Assembly (NCBI RefSeq): GCF_004010195.1
Contig: NC_057751.1
Location: 888,665 to 952,664 of the forward strand
Direction: 5' to 3'
Source: Chiloscyllium plagiosum
Lineage: Eukaryota
Length of the DNA: 64,000 nt
Below, one piece after another: positions 25,572 through 39,049 of this stretch (position 1 is the stretch's first letter; the number at the start of each line of letters is the position of its first letter). The position numbers and the translations under genes are program-made. The notes below the pieces were generated by a model. The model saw only the letters and a program-made list of their open reading frames with translations. It was not told the DNA's origin and made no database searches.

Positions 25572-27064
25572 CAACAGGGCAACAGGACAAGTGGTCAGAT
25601 GCACACATACGTGCATGTGTGCATGCACATATCAGGAGGCTCACTATTGATGCCAGCCATCCACTGCTGCTCGGCACCACCACATATACCTTTATCTGTC
25701 TCGATTGTACACAGGTTTCAAAAGAGCATTCAATGCACGGCAGCTAAAGTGTTTCTCATATGCTGTTTAAATATACTGTAACAGTGTATGTTACTGGCTT
25801 GCAATATTACTGCTTTGGAAAATCTATATTCTTGTCCCTGCACTGGGAACCCTGATGTCCCCTAGACTCACCTTGAACATGAAAATATCCCCCAAAATAA
25901 CTCTGCCCTTTCATTTGCTGGCAATGTGGCTTTGATTGAATTCTGCTGTCATGATACCAAATGACCTGTCCGCGACCAAATGAGTACAAGAAGATTTATA
26001 TTTGGCAACCTTTTCGAAGGAGAGGTTTGATCTTAATGCTCTTTTGCATGTATTATTCATTATTCTATTTGAAGGGTCATTCAGTACTTGTATTCACTCG
26101 GGTAATTCCTTTTCTATGAGCCTGTCTGACAGCAACCAATCCATAAATGTCTATTCCATTCACCTTTATATTGGGAAGAGAGAAGAACTTCAGTGAAATC
26201 AATCACCTCAAATCATCCACCTAGATATTGGCATGAAGCCCTTTTCCTGTTCTCTATCGGGAAATTGAAGGCTGAAAGATAAGACTTCAATGTCTCCATA
26301 ACCTTTGATTTGAAGATTGATTACTGATGACATCTTGACTTGTCCTAAGCAAAGATAATGACATTTTACGTTGTGCCTGCAGAAGTGATGTGTCTATCAG
26401 GCTTCCTGCCTGTGTTCTTTCCATTTAGATCGCTTTGACAGGGGCAGGAAAGGATGTGGGAATGTCCTTGGAAGGTTGTTTGCTTGTGAAGTGTTAGTGT
26501 CTGGATGAGCTGGAACAGGTGAGGAGTGGGTAGTTGAGCTACATTCAGGATGTGTGTCAGATATGATAAGGATAGGCAGTGGGTCACCAGTGATCTGTTC
26601 ATTATGAGAAAAAATTCTTCATCTCCTTTGGCACATTCGGCGGCAAATCATCTGTCCTCTTTCCCAAAGAAGTTTGAATGCAACCAGGTCTGACCGCCTG
26701 GGATCACTGACTCTCGAAGGATGCAGTTGGTTGCTTCTGACAATGCACTTCCATACTTTGGGAGCAAAGATATCATGCCATGCAGAGTTGCCAACTCTAA
26801 CTGAAGACATTTGTAGAATCGTATAGTACAAAACAGGCTGTTTGGCTGATTAAATCTGTACCACCAGAAATACACGATAACCTATACTCACCCCACTTTC
26901 CTGCACTCAACTCATACATTGAATGTTATGACACTTCAAGTGTTCATCCAAGTACTTTTTCAAGGTTTCATGTCTCAAGTACTCTCCCAGGCAGTGCAAT
27001 CCCGACCCCCAAGGTTCCCTGGATGAAAATATTTTTTATAATCCTCTTAAAATCCTCTCTCAAG

Positions 27065-28240
27065 ATGGTAAATCACAGTGAAGGAATAAGAACCTGACAA
27101 ATGGATATGGATAGCTTCGGGAAGTGGGCCAGAATATGGCAGGTGGAATTGAAAGTGTGAAATTATGCATTTGGGTCAAAAAAATGGGAAGGCAACCTAT
27201 TATCTTCATCGTCATAGAATCCCAACTGTGTGAAAACAAGCCCTTCAGCCCAACAAGTCCACACCGACCTTCCGAAGAGTATCCCACCCAGACCCATTCC
27301 CCTACATTTCCCTTGACTAATGCACCTAGCCTACACATCCCTGAGCAAGATGAGACAATTTAGCATGGCCAATCCACCTAACCTGCACATCTTTGGACTG
27401 TGGGAGGAAACCGGAGCACCTAGAGGAAACCCAAGCAAGCACGGGGTGAATGTGCAAACTCAACACAGACGGAAGGCAGTAATTGAACTGAGGTTCCTGG
27501 CGCTGTGAGGCAGCAATGCTAGCCACTGTGCCACCATGCCACCCTCTTAATAGGTAGAGACTTCAGGGTGCAAAGGGATCTAGGTGTCATCATTCATGAG
27601 TCAGAGAAAATTAGCATGCAGATACAGCAGATAATAAAGAAAGTCAATGGAGTGTTGACTTTTAAAGCAAAAGGAATAGAATATAAAGGGAAGTATTGTT
27701 GCCACTATACAGGGTATTGGTGACCTGGAGTATTGTGCACAGTTTTGGTCCCGTTATTTGAGGAAAGATGGAGCGGTAATGGAGGCAGCTCAGAGGAGGT
27801 TCATGGGATTGATCCCAGTCATGAGGGGTTTGGTGTCTGAAGAGAGATCAAACAGTTTAGGCCTATACTCTCTGGAATGAAGGAGAATGAGGGGAGATTG
27901 AGGGATTAAAGATGATAAAAGATGTGGATAAAATAGACGTGGAGCGGGAGCTGCTTCTTGTGGGGCATTCTCAGATGAGAGGTCATAATCTTCGCAAAAG
28001 GAGTAGCAAATTAAAAATAGAGTTAAGAAAGGGTTATGAATCTGTGGAAATCACTATCCCAACTGCAATGTATTCTGGGACAGGGAGTAAATTTAAGGAG
28101 GAGTTAGACAGATTTTTTAATTGGTAATGGGTTGAAGGGATATGGAGAGAAAGCAGGAAGATTGGGGTGAGGAGCATATGAGCCATAATCAAATGGCTGA
28201 GCACACTCGAGATCTCTGCTCTGAGATCTTATGAACTTAT
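27065..28240 (+). mobile_element. Decayed CR1 3' portion containing a SINE
   Basis: ctggagtattgtgcacagttttggtcccc (LEYCAQFWSP-like) and other ORF2 C-terminal remnants. Confidence 0.75.
27211..27544 (-). mobile_element. HE1-like SINE
   Basis: Homologous to 13708-14036; possible TSD tcttcat/tcttaat. Confidence 0.88.
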
Positions 28241-28277
28241 GAAGAAAATCTCCTGCCATCTAGTTATTGACCCTTGG

Positions 28278-28608
28278 ACTGAGTCAAACAGCATGGAAAC
28301 AGACACTTGTCCAACTTGTCCATGCCAACAAGATTTCTCAAACTAAACTAGTCCCATTTACCTACAGTTGACTCATATCCCTCAAAACCTTTCCTATTCA
28401 TGTACCTGTCCAAATGCCCTTTACACCTTGTACCTACATTTACCACTTCCTCTAGCTGTTAATTCCATGTACCTAACACCCTCTGTGTGAACATGTTGCC
28501 CTTCAGGACACTTTAAATCTTTGCCCTCTCCACTAAACCTATGTCCTCCAGTTTTTAATTCCCCTACCCTTCGGAAAGGACGTTTGATATTCGCCTTATC
28601 TATGGCAC
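28278..28608 (-). mobile_element. CR1 3' end
   Basis: Homologous to 7700-8040. Confidence 0.8.
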
Positions 28609-28611
28609 TCC

Positions 28612-28845
28612 ATGAGTGCTGCGTTATTGGCCTGTTAGTACTGAGGGAGTGCTGCAGTGTCCAAGGATCAGTGCTGGGGGAGTGCTGCACTGTAGAAAAG
28701 CCAGGACTGAGGTTGTGCTGGACTGTCTGAGGTTCAGCATTGAAGGAGGTCTGCACTGTCAGACAGTCAGTACTGAGGGAGTGCTGCATTGTCGGAGGGT
28801 CAGTACTGAGGGAATGCATCACTATTGGAAGGTAAGTACATTGGT
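28612..28845. repeat. 33-bp minisatellite followed by a SINE 3' half (to ~29075)
   Basis: About 7 copies of gagggagtgctgcactgtcagagggtcagtact. Confidence 0.88.
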
Positions 28846-29779
28846 ACTTTCTGGATCAAAAGATCAGAGGTGTTCTCCCTGGTGTCCTGGCAAGTATTGT
28901 CTCTGAATCAATCTCGCTTAGAACAGATTATCTGCTTCATATTACAATGCTGTTTGAGCCACATTGGTGTGCACTTTTCCCACATTACATCATTGGCTGA
29001 ACTATTCCATTGATTCTGAAGGATTTTGCATGGTCCTGAGGTCATTAAAGGCACTATAAAAATGAAAGTCTTGAGCAAGTATTTATCCTTATGTAAAATG
29101 TGATATTTGAGAAACAGATCTCCAATTTGATTTTGCCACACACCAAACCCTCCTGCAAGGCTCTGTATTGCTTTTAGGCTCAGAAACTGACATTAACATG
29201 TTCACAGTTAAGAATGAGAACGTAGACTTGATCAATTATTTGAATTGTTGGTGCTGTCAGATCTGTAACCAGCAGTTTTTTTTAATGTCATTTCACGTGA
29301 CTGGAAATCCATCTCGGCAGATTTTAATTTGAGTCTGCTTATTGTCCAATTACTGTTGTGAAATGTTTGGTGAGACCCGCTGGAAGGACACTGTCCTTTC
29401 TGTCAAATGCAGTGATTCATTGACACTTTAAAGAGATTGATTCAGCCTGTCCAGGGTGTCTATGGGTAGGGCAAACTGAGCTTTGTCGATTAGCCTTTTA
29501 GCAGCTCACTTACATTTGTGGGTGAATGGTTTATCAGTCACAGGAGAGTATTTACTTGGTCTTTGCTTGGAAATGCTGCATAAAAGTAAGACTAATAATT
29601 ACATTAAGCGAAAAGACAAACATTTCTGGATTTGTAATATTCTCCTCCAATTTGCTCAAAAACCTTAACTATCACTTTGTGTTAGTCCTCATTGAATTTG
29701 TGCACACATTGGGAGTCTGAAAGTTGTGATGTCTCCAGGTGTTTGAGTACTGTCTCTGTACTGACACCTCAATACACGG

Positions 29780-30310
29780 TCAAGAGAGTCCTGCATTATC
29801 AGAAGGTCAGTGCTGAGGGAATGCTGCACTGTCAGAGGGTCAGTGCTGAGGGAGTATCGCACTGTCAGAGGGTCAGTACTGAGGGAGCACCGCACTGTTG
29901 GAGGGTCAGTACTGAGGGAGCACCGCACTGTTGGAGGGTCAGTACTGAGGGAGTGCCGCACTGTCGGAGGGAGTGCTGTACTGTTGGAGGGTCAGTACTG
30001 AGGGAGTGCCGCACTGTCAGAAGGTTAGTGCTGAGGGAGTGCTGCACTGTCAGAGGGTCAGTACTGAGAGTGTCACACTGCAAGAGGAGGTGTGCAGTGA
30101 GGGAAAGTAGCATTTCTGTAGGGTAAGTACTTAGAGCAAGCTGCACTGGCAGTGGGATCTGGTTCTGAGCGTAATCAAGCATTAGAACTGAGACAGCACA
30201 GCACAGTAAGAAAGTCAGTGCTGAGCAAATACTGCATTGTCAGAGAGTCCACACTGAGGGAGTGCCGCACTATCACAGGAGCAGTGGGGAAGTACTGTTG
30301 CACTGTCAGT
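29780..30310. repeat. 33-bp minisatellite running into a Deu-domain-like SINE body (to ~30410)
   Basis: More than 10 copies of the same unit, best conserved at 29810-30070. Confidence 0.92.
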
Positions 30311-30473
30311 AGTATCACTTTTCAGAAGGACCATTGAGCCAATATCCTGTCTGCTCTCTGAGCTTGATGTAATGGATTCCAAGGCATTACTTGAAGACGT
30401 GCAGGGAGGTGAAGCACATGGAAACTGGATTTAGCATTCTGTTAATTGGACCACGGCTGATTATCAACCTCTA

Positions 30474-30720
30474 TTACCAGGTCTCTGCACCTTCTCGATG
30501 TTGCTTGATATCAATAGTTTCATGAAACTTACCCATTCCTGTTTTGAACTTGCTCAATGTTTGAGCTTCTACAGCTCTCTGTGCTGGCAAATTCCAAATA
30601 TTCAGCAGTTTTGTAAAGAAATTCCTCCTCGTCTCAGTCTTAAATATCTTAAACTGTATCCCAAGATGATGTCCTGTGGTTCTAGTCTCATCAGCCAGGG
30701 GATACATCCTGTTGACATGC
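30474..30720 (-). mobile_element. Decayed CR1 3' end
   Basis: RTTGHHL...ETRRNFFT...WNLP peptide. Confidence 0.65.
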
Positions 30721-31509
30721 ACTTATACTTGGAAGAATCCTATACAATTCTCATTGCTATTTGTAGATCGTTATGGTGTATGAGTGGAACATCCTAAGGT
30801 TATAAAAGGTGCTGTGTAGATCCAAGTTCTTCATTTCAGTGAAGATGTGTCCAGAGTTGTGAGTTGTTCCTATCCTTCATTGTAAATTCTCTCATTCTTT
30901 GTATCTTGTAAAGTATTGAATGAATGTTCTTCAGCACAAAAGGATTGTCTGAACAGCTGAAAAAAAAGTCTTGTTTTCAGAAGATGAAAGATGTTCAGAG
31001 CTGCCAAGGTACAATATGGGAGGCCACTTCATGTCACAGCCTAACGTGCTTCTTTCTCCTTCAGTCTGATGACATGCCACAACACGAATTTCACTTTCTG
31101 ACTGGGGTTCCAACTTCAAATGTCACAACACCATGAAAAGCACTAATTATCTGTTATAATAAGACATACAAAAAAATCAAAACATGCACAATGTCTCATC
31201 CAATTTATTCAGGTCAGAAGGAAATTAGAATTCACTGTGGTTAACTTCACTTCAAATGCAATGGCCTTGTCAAGTCTGTGACTGACTCTATATCTCACGT
31301 TTCAGTCTTCTTTGGACTTTTTTTGTGTTTCATTATTTTTCCAACTTTTTGCTTCCTTTGTTGTTCATCAATCAATGCTCACTTTGACCCCACTCATCTG
31401 ATTCCTGTTCTTGATGCTTCATATTTTAGCTTATTCTTTTCCACCTCAGTACACCCCAACCCTTACTTCGTTCCAACCCTGAATTCAGGATTACAAAGGT
31501 TACAGGGAC

Positions 31510-32381
31510 AAGGCAAGGCTTTCAACAAGCTCCTGCATGGTAGACTGGTTAGTAAGGTTAGATCACAAGGGATCCAGGGAGAGACAGCTAATTGGATAAA
31601 ATATTATCTTGATGGTAGAAGGCAGTGGTGGTAGAGGGTTCTTATTCAAACTGGAGACGTGTGTGCTTTAAGGATTAGTTCTGGCTCCCCTGTTGTTTGT
31701 CAGTTCTATCAATAATTTGGATAAGAATGGAGGCGGTTTGGTTAGGAAGTTTGTGAATGACAGCAAAATTGGTGGTTTCATGGACAGTGAGGAAGATTAT
31801 CTAATAGTACAATGAGATCTTGCTCAGACAGGCCAATGTGCCAAATAAATGGCAGATGGAATTGAATTGAGACAAATGTGAGGTGTTGCATTCTGGTAAG
31901 GCAAACCAGGACAGGACTTCCACAGTGAAGGGAATATTGTTGAACAGAGGGACCGAGGGTTGCAGGTACATAGTTCCGTGAAAGTAGAGTCGCGGGTAGT
32001 CAGGCTGGTGAAGAAGGCACTTGGCACACTTGCCTTCATTGGTCAGAGCATTTGAGTACAGGAGTTGGGGTTTCATGGCTGTGTAAGACATTGCTGAGGC
32101 CACTTTTAGAATACTGCATCCAGTTCTGGTCTCCTTGCTTTAGGAAGGATGTTGTTAAATTTACAACGGTGTGGTCAGACTGGAGGATTTAAGTTATAAG
32201 GAGAGGCTGGATAGGTTGGGACTTAGTTCTTTGGAGCATTGTAGGCTGAGGGGTGACCTTATAGAGGTTTATAAAATCCTGAGGGGCATGAATAGGGTAA
32301 ATAGACAGGTCTTTGCCTTGGGGTGGGGGAGTCTAGAGCTAGCGGGCATAGGCTTAAGGTGAGAAGGGAAGGATTTAAAAG
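31510..32381 (+). mobile_element. Decayed CR1 ORF2 (RT to C-terminus), tail missing
   Basis: KAFNKLLHGRLVSKVRSQGIQG; RLRGDLIEVYKILRG. Confidence 0.85.
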
Positions 32382-33386
32382 TTATAGCATTTCCAGTCAA
32401 TGTTGGGGAAGTTAAAGTCCCCCATAATGTCCACCCAGTTCCTTTCACTCCTACCAGAATCGTTCTGCCAAACCTCTCCTCCACCTCCCTGGAACTCTTG
32501 CGGAGGCCTATAAAAAACTCCCAGCAGTGTGACCTCTCCTCTCCTGTTTCTAATCTCAACCCATACCACCTCAGTAGACGAGTCCTCGTCAAAAGTTCTT
32601 TCAGCCACTGTTATACTGTCCTTGACTAACAAGGCCACACCTCCCCCTCTTTTACTGCCTTCCGAGTTCTTAATGAAAGATCTAAACCCTGGAACCTGCA
32701 ACATCCATTCCTGACCCTGCTCTATCCATGTCTCCGAAATGGCCACAACATCGAAGTCCCAGGTACCTATCCATGCTGCAAGCTCACCTACCTTCTTCCG
32801 GATACTCCTGGCATTGAAGTAGACACACTTTAAACCACTTTGCTGTCTGCCAGCACATTCCTGTGACCCTGAAATCCTGTCCCTGTCCTCCCGACTCTCA
32901 TCCTCCTGTGTACTGCAACTACACCTCCGGTTCCCATCTTCCTGCTGAGCTCGTTTAAACCCACCCTAATAGCACCAGCAAATTTCCCACCCAGGATATT
33001 AGTAGCCCTCTGGGTCAAGTAAAGACCATCCTGTTTGTAAAGGTCCCACCTTCCCCAGCATGAGCCCCAATTATCCAAGAACCTGAAACCCTCCCTCCTG
33101 CACCATTCTTGCAGCCACATGTTCAGCTGATATCTCTCCCAATTCCTTGTCTTGCTATCACGTGACACAGGTAACAAACCAGAGATAACAACTCTGTCTG
33201 TTCTAGCTCTCAGCTTCCACCCGAGCTCCCTGAAATCCTGCCTTACATCCCTAACTCTCTTTCTGTCTATGTCATTGGTCCCTATGTCGACCACAATTTA
33301 GGGCTGGTCACCCTCTCCCTTCAGGACCCCAAAGATACAATCCGAGACATCACGGACCCTGGCAGCTGGGAGGCAACACACACCAA
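32382..33386 (-). mobile_element. CR1 5' portion: ORF1 esterase end plus ORF2 endonuclease N-terminus; runs into a gap
   Basis: DIGTND...VVISGLLP...LYKQDGLYL (SGNH-like); AISETW, GGGVALLVK, GVFYRPP, MGDFNFPNIDW (APE endonuclease). Confidence 0.9.
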
Positions 33387-34509
33387 NNNNNNNNNNNNNN
33401 NNNNNNNNNNNNNNNNNNNNNNNNNNNNNNNNNNNNNNNNNNNNNNNNNNNNNNNNNNNNNNNNNNNNNNNNNNNNNNNNNNNNNNNNNNNNNNNNNNNN
33501 NNNNNNNNNNNNNNNNNNNNNNNNNNNNNNNNNNNNNNNNNNNNNNNNNNNNNNNNNNNNNNNNNNNNNNNNNNNNNNNNNNNNNNNNNNNNNNNNNNNN
33601 NNNNNNNNNNNNNNNNNNNNNNNNNNNNNNNNNNNNNNNNNNNNNNNNNNNNNNNNNNNNNNNNNNNNNNNNNNNNNNNNNNNNNNNNNNNNNNNNNNNN
33701 NNNNNNNNNNNNNNNNNNNNNNNNNNNNNNNNNNNNNNNNNNNNNNNNNNNNNNNNNNNNNNNNNNNNNNNNNNNNNNNNNNNNNNNNNNNNNNNNNNNN
33801 NNNNNNNNNNNNNNNNNNNNNNNNNNNNNNNNNNNNNNNNNNNNNNNNNNNNNNNNNNNNNNNNNNNNNNNNNNNNNNNNNNNNNNAAAATTTGTTATTG
33901 ATTTTTGGTTTAAATGCTGCATTTATCCAAAGTTGTCCATTTTAATTTGAGTTCTTTTGCTTTATGAATCATTCAGTTGAAACCCAGGTTGTGAGTCATG
34001 ATCTTTTACTCGCTGTTTATGTAACACAGGTAGGACATATCATCAGGCACATTGCTCGTGCAGCAGCTGGTCTGAAATACATATGGGGACCAAGCAAATA
34101 AACAGAAGACCCTCATTGTTACACATAAAGGAAAAGCTGTGTCCTTGCACACCAGTGCTCTGCCATTACATAAGGGATTTGCCTTCACACACAAGGACCA
34201 TGCCATTCCACACATGTGGCCCTACGATTAAATGAAATGTTCTAGAAAACAGTGTTCCATCACATCAGAGGAAAGATTCGAGAAGGCCCAATTGCAACAT
34301 CCATGGGCGAATAGAGATGCACTATAAATAACAACATTGCCACAACTCAAGAATTGACAATTAAGAGATATTTCAATTAACATTTTGTATTCCTTAAATT
34401 ATTAATATTTCTTCTATTTATTCAAAGACCTTGAGCACACTGCTTGAAAGGGCATTGAGAACAGATTCATTTCTAACTTATAAAACGGAAATGGATAAAC
34501 ATTTAAAAA

Positions 34510-36420
34510 GAAAACATGAAGTCAGTAATATAACGGAAGACTGTATGAGTTTCTTTAGATATATAGAGGGCAATAGAGAGCCAACAATGGACATTGGGCA
34601 GCTGGAAAATGATGCTGGAGAGAGAATAGTGGGGAACAAGGAAATGGCTGCGGAGCTGAGCAGCACGGTGGCTCAGTCTTTAGCACTGCTGCCTCACAGC
34701 ACCAGGGACTCAGGTTCAATTCCAGCCTGGGGCAACTGTCGATGTGGAGTTTGCACATTCTACCTGTGTCTGCGTGGGTTTCCTCCCACAGTCCAAAGAC
34801 ATGCAGGTTACATGAACTGGCCATGCTAAATTGCCCCATAGTGTTAGGTGCCTTAGTTAGACAGAAATGGGTCTGGGTGGGTTACTCTTCGGAGGGTCAG
34901 TGTGGACTTGCTGGACGGAAGGGCCTGTTTATACACTGCAGGGAATCTAATCTAACTGAATAATTACTTAACATCAGTCTTCACAGTGGAAGACACGAGT
35001 AATATCCCAAAAATTCAAGGGGGGGGGGGGAGGGGGGGGGGATGGAGGTGAGTACAGTGGCCATTACCAAGGAGAAGGTGCGAGTAAAACTCAATGGCCT
35101 GAAAGTGGATAAATCACCTGAGCCAGATGGACTTCACCCCAGGGTTCTAATGGAGATAGTTGAAGAGATAGAGGAGGCATTAGTGGTGATCTTTCAGGAA
35201 TCGCTAGAATCAGGAAGGGTCCCAGAGGACTGGGAAATCGCTAATGTGACACCTCTGTTTAAAAAGGGAGTAAAGCAAAAGACTAAAAATTAAAGACCGA
35301 TTAGCCGAACCCCGGTCGTGTTTAAGATCCTGGAATCCATTGTGAAGGATGTGATTTGTGAATACTTGAAGTGTATGGGAAAATAGGGCAAAGTCAGCAT
35401 GGTTTCATCAAGGAGAGGTCATGTCTGATAAATCTTCTAGAATTCTTTGAGGAAGTAATGAGCAGGAGAGCTAATGGATGTTATCTACCTGAATTTCCAG
35501 GTCAAGGTCCTGCACAAGAGACTACTGAGTAAGATAAGGACCCATGGTGTTAGAGGCAAGGTACTAGCCTGGATAGAAGCTTGGCTGTCTGGCAGAAAGC
35601 AGAGAGTGGGGATAAAACTGAGATGGCAAGTGGTGTTCCACAAGGCTCAGTGTTCACTTTATACATTAATGACCTCAATGAATGAACTGAGGGCATCCTG
35701 GCTAACTTTGCAGATGACACAAAGATAGGTAGAGGGACAGCTAGCATTGAGGAGGTGGGGAGGCTGCAGAAGGATTTGGACAGGTTAGGAGAGTGGGCAA
35801 AGAAGTGGCAGATGGAATATAATGTGGCAAAGTGTGAGGTCATGCACTTTGAAGGGAAGAATAGAAGCATGGATTAGTTTCAAAATGGATAAAAAAATTC
35901 AGAAGTCTGAAGTGCAAAGAGACTTGGAAGGATTTAGTGAAGTAATTAGTCCAGGATCCTCTCAAGGTAAACTTGCAGGTTAAGTCAGTAGTCAGGAGGC
36001 GAATGCAATGGTGGCATTTATTTTGAGAGGACTTGAATATAAAAGCAGGGATTACTCCTGAGGATCTATAACACCCTGGTCAGACCACATTTGAGTATTG
36101 TGCGCAGTTTTGGGCCCCATATCTCAGGAAGGATATACTGGCCCTGGAGCGTGTTCTCGGGTATGGTCCCAGGAATGAAGGGCTTAACGTATGACGAACA
36201 TTTGAGGGATCTGGGTGGAGTTTAGAAGGATGAGGGGGGATCTGATTGGAACTTACAGAATACTGGAGACCAGGTCATTGAGTATATTTAAGATGGAGAT
36301 AGACTGGCTCTTGAGTATCAAGAGGATCAAGGGTTACTGGGAGAAAGTGGGAGACTGGGGTTGAGAAATTTGATTGAATGGTGAATGGCCTAATTTCTGC
36401 TCCTATGTCCTGTGGTCATA
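34510..36420 (+). mobile_element. Decayed CR1 ORF2 to 3' end (third subfamily) with a nested SINE
   Basis: KVDKSPEPDGLHPRVL...VPEDWEIANVTPLFKKG (35042-35293); aactttgcagatgac (FADD). Confidence 0.87.
34659..34955 (+). mobile_element. HE1-like SINE
   Basis: gcagcacggtggctcagtcttagcactgctgcctcacag head; aatctaatctaa tail. Confidence 0.88.
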
Positions 36421-36834
36421 TTTGCAGATTTATGGGGAAAACATGGAGGAGGAGAGAGGGACCAATGGATCACTTTTATTTTGTAGGCCAGCACTGGCAT
36501 TACAGGTCAGATAATCTCCTGCTGTGCTGGGTGAAATCATCTCAGTATGTCCCACCAAACAAATTCAAGTGAATTACATTGAGACTCTCTTCCTGAAATA
36601 GTACTCAAAACTTAATTATGTTTCAAGTCCTAAGTTCCCCTAAAAAGCTTTTGTCAAAAACACAAGAGCAATTGATAACCACGACCACATGTATAACCCC
36701 AGAAAGCTCTATAACCTTTGTTAAGTTGCAGTATATCACTCACCTTATGGTAACAGGTCCAACTTACAGTTCGACCAACATTTATAATGTTTGAAGTTAA
36801 GAATATAGTTTGAAGAAAATGACCAGGAGTGAAT

Positions 36835-38330
36835 CTCAGAATTGTTTCAGTGCAACAGGAGGTCATTCAATCCATCATGTCTCCACTGGCTCTCTGAGCA
36901 TTTTAACTTCATGCCAATCTCCTGATTTCTTCCTGTAACACTGCATCTTATTCCTATTTAAAGAATCATCCAATGCACTCAATAGAACCTAATGAAGCTG
37001 GTTTATTCACTGCTCTCTCTAACTGTCCTCGTACCTTTAATGGCTTATGCACATTGTACACACAAGTCTGTCTGTCTGTCTGTCTGTCTGTACTGACTCT
37101 TCATGTTCTTCGTACCAGAATGTGTTCCCTCATACTTTTCCATATATTCACCCACACTACCAATGTGTCAGTGTCCCTTTGAATTTTCACACTGTCTTCC
37201 TCACAGTTTGCAGTTCTCCCAAATTTTCTGTTGATTGCAAACTTTAAAATTGTTTCATGAACCCAAAGAGCACAATCATTTAGATATATCAGGAAATTGT
37301 GTGTCCCAATACCAACTCCTGAGAATTCCACTACAAACCTTGCCCTCTCCTGAAAAATAATCATTAGTCTTTTCTCACTGTTTCCAATCCATTATCCAAA
37401 TTTGGATCCACATGACCTATAATTTTCCTCATAAATCTCTTTTACTGTATTGAGCACTTTTTAGGTGTCTGTCTACACCATATCCTCAGTCTTAGCCTCA
37501 TCAGTCCTCTTGTTAACTCTTCAAACATGTCCAGAAAATTAGTTATGCATGATTTTCCCTTAACAAACCTCCATAATTCTTCTGAATTTACCCATATTTT
37601 TCCATGTAACTATTGATTTTATCCCAAATAACTACTTCTTGAAGTTAAATCGACTGGTCTGTGATTGCTGGACAATGGGGGTAGAATGTTAACAAATCTC
37701 TTGTCCTTCGATAACACCTCCAGGCCAGATTGAAAGATTTGTTTTTATTCATTGACAGGATGTGACTGTTGCTGGCTAGGTCACCATTTATTGCCCACCT
37801 ATAATTGCCCAGGGAGCAGTTAAGAGTCAACCACACTGCTGTGGGTCTGCAATCACATGTAGGCCAGAACAGTTAAGGATGACACTTTCCTTCCCAAAAG
37901 GACTTTAGTGAACCACATGAGTTTTTCAGGCAGTTGATGGATTCATGGCCAGCGTTAGACTCTTAAATCCAGATTTTTATTGAATTCAATTTCCACCACC
38001 TGCCATGGCGGGTTTCGAACCCAAGCCTCCAGAATATTTGCTGGGTCTCTAGAGTGACACACCAGCAATAATTCCATAAGGCTATCATCTCTCCTATTGC
38101 TAGTGCCAGTGCCTGTGCCTGTGCAACTTCCACTCTCACTTCCTTCAATGTCCTTGGAAGTTCTCATCAGATCCCAGTCCCTTACCAACTATATGTATAT
38201 AAATGGCTTTTTCAACACCTCCTTCCTATCATTTTTAAAACCCTTGTAGCAACTGAATTTCCTCATCTAACACCCTGTCCTTGGCGACATCTGCCTCATT
38301 GGCGAAGACAGATGCAAAATATTGCTGACT
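36835..38330 (-). mobile_element. Highly decayed CR1 with a nested (gtct)n repeat and SINE
   Basis: FLIYLND...LKFA remnant (37101-37364). Confidence 0.55.
37740..38095 (-). mobile_element. SINE family B
   Basis: Homologous to 19293-19632; B-box-like gggttcgaaaccc on the minus strand. Confidence 0.78.
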
Positions 38331-38849
38331 GAGGCTTTTTTCCCAGAGATGTTGCATATTTCAATACAGCTTCTGGCACACACAAGTTCCAGTCCACTGG
38401 ATTCAACATTTCACTTCATTCATTAAAAGAACCAACATTGTTTCTGTATCTTTCAGTGAAAGAAGAACTTACAATTTCAGAATGATGTTTAATTTTCCCC
38501 TGTCACAGGGTGAAACATTCCAAATTCTATTTCCACAAGGCAATTTGAGAAATAACTGATATTTATACAAAACATTCTATAAGCTTGAAACTTTGCAAAG
38601 CTCTTTGTAGCCAGTGAAGTATTTTTGTGAAGAATGTCAGAAAGGTAGCAGTCAGACTGTGCAAAGGAAACTCCCACAAAGGACAATCTTATACTCCATT
38701 GTCATGGACTCACATAGAGTCATAGAGATGTACAGCACACACATTATCCTGCCTTGGACATATTTAATGTCTGTGGCTCAAAATCTTCAAACATCTAGCC
38801 TAACAGTACTGCAAAACACCATTATTGCATAGTTCAAGAAGATCTACCT

Positions 38850-39049
38850 TGAAATAACACCACAGAGACCGGTATTTTGACACCAAGTCACCTTTTATTG
38901 ACATATAAACAGTTTTTGTGTCTTGCACTGCCTCTTCAGAGTCAGCTATTAGAGTCAGCCAGGGCTCCCTGATTGGACCAGGTTAACATCCAGTGCCGGA
39001 ACACATGTTCTTTGAGGTCGAGCTGGCTGGCCTCACCACAATCATTGCA
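38850..39049 (-). mobile_element. Solo LTR, family A (internally deleted)
   Basis: Reverse complement of the ends of 52521-52749 (tgaaataac...caatcattgca). Confidence 0.72.

Noticed and set aside
29780..30310. CRISPR-like array or Cys-rich repeat protein
   Set aside because: Units are contiguous with no unique spacers, there are no cas genes and the context is eukaryotic. The ORFs arise because 33 is a multiple of 3.
35019..35041. G-quadruplex or regulatory poly-G (also ~40425-40445)
   Set aside because: Homopolymer expansions inside dead transposons; length is unreliable in assemblies.
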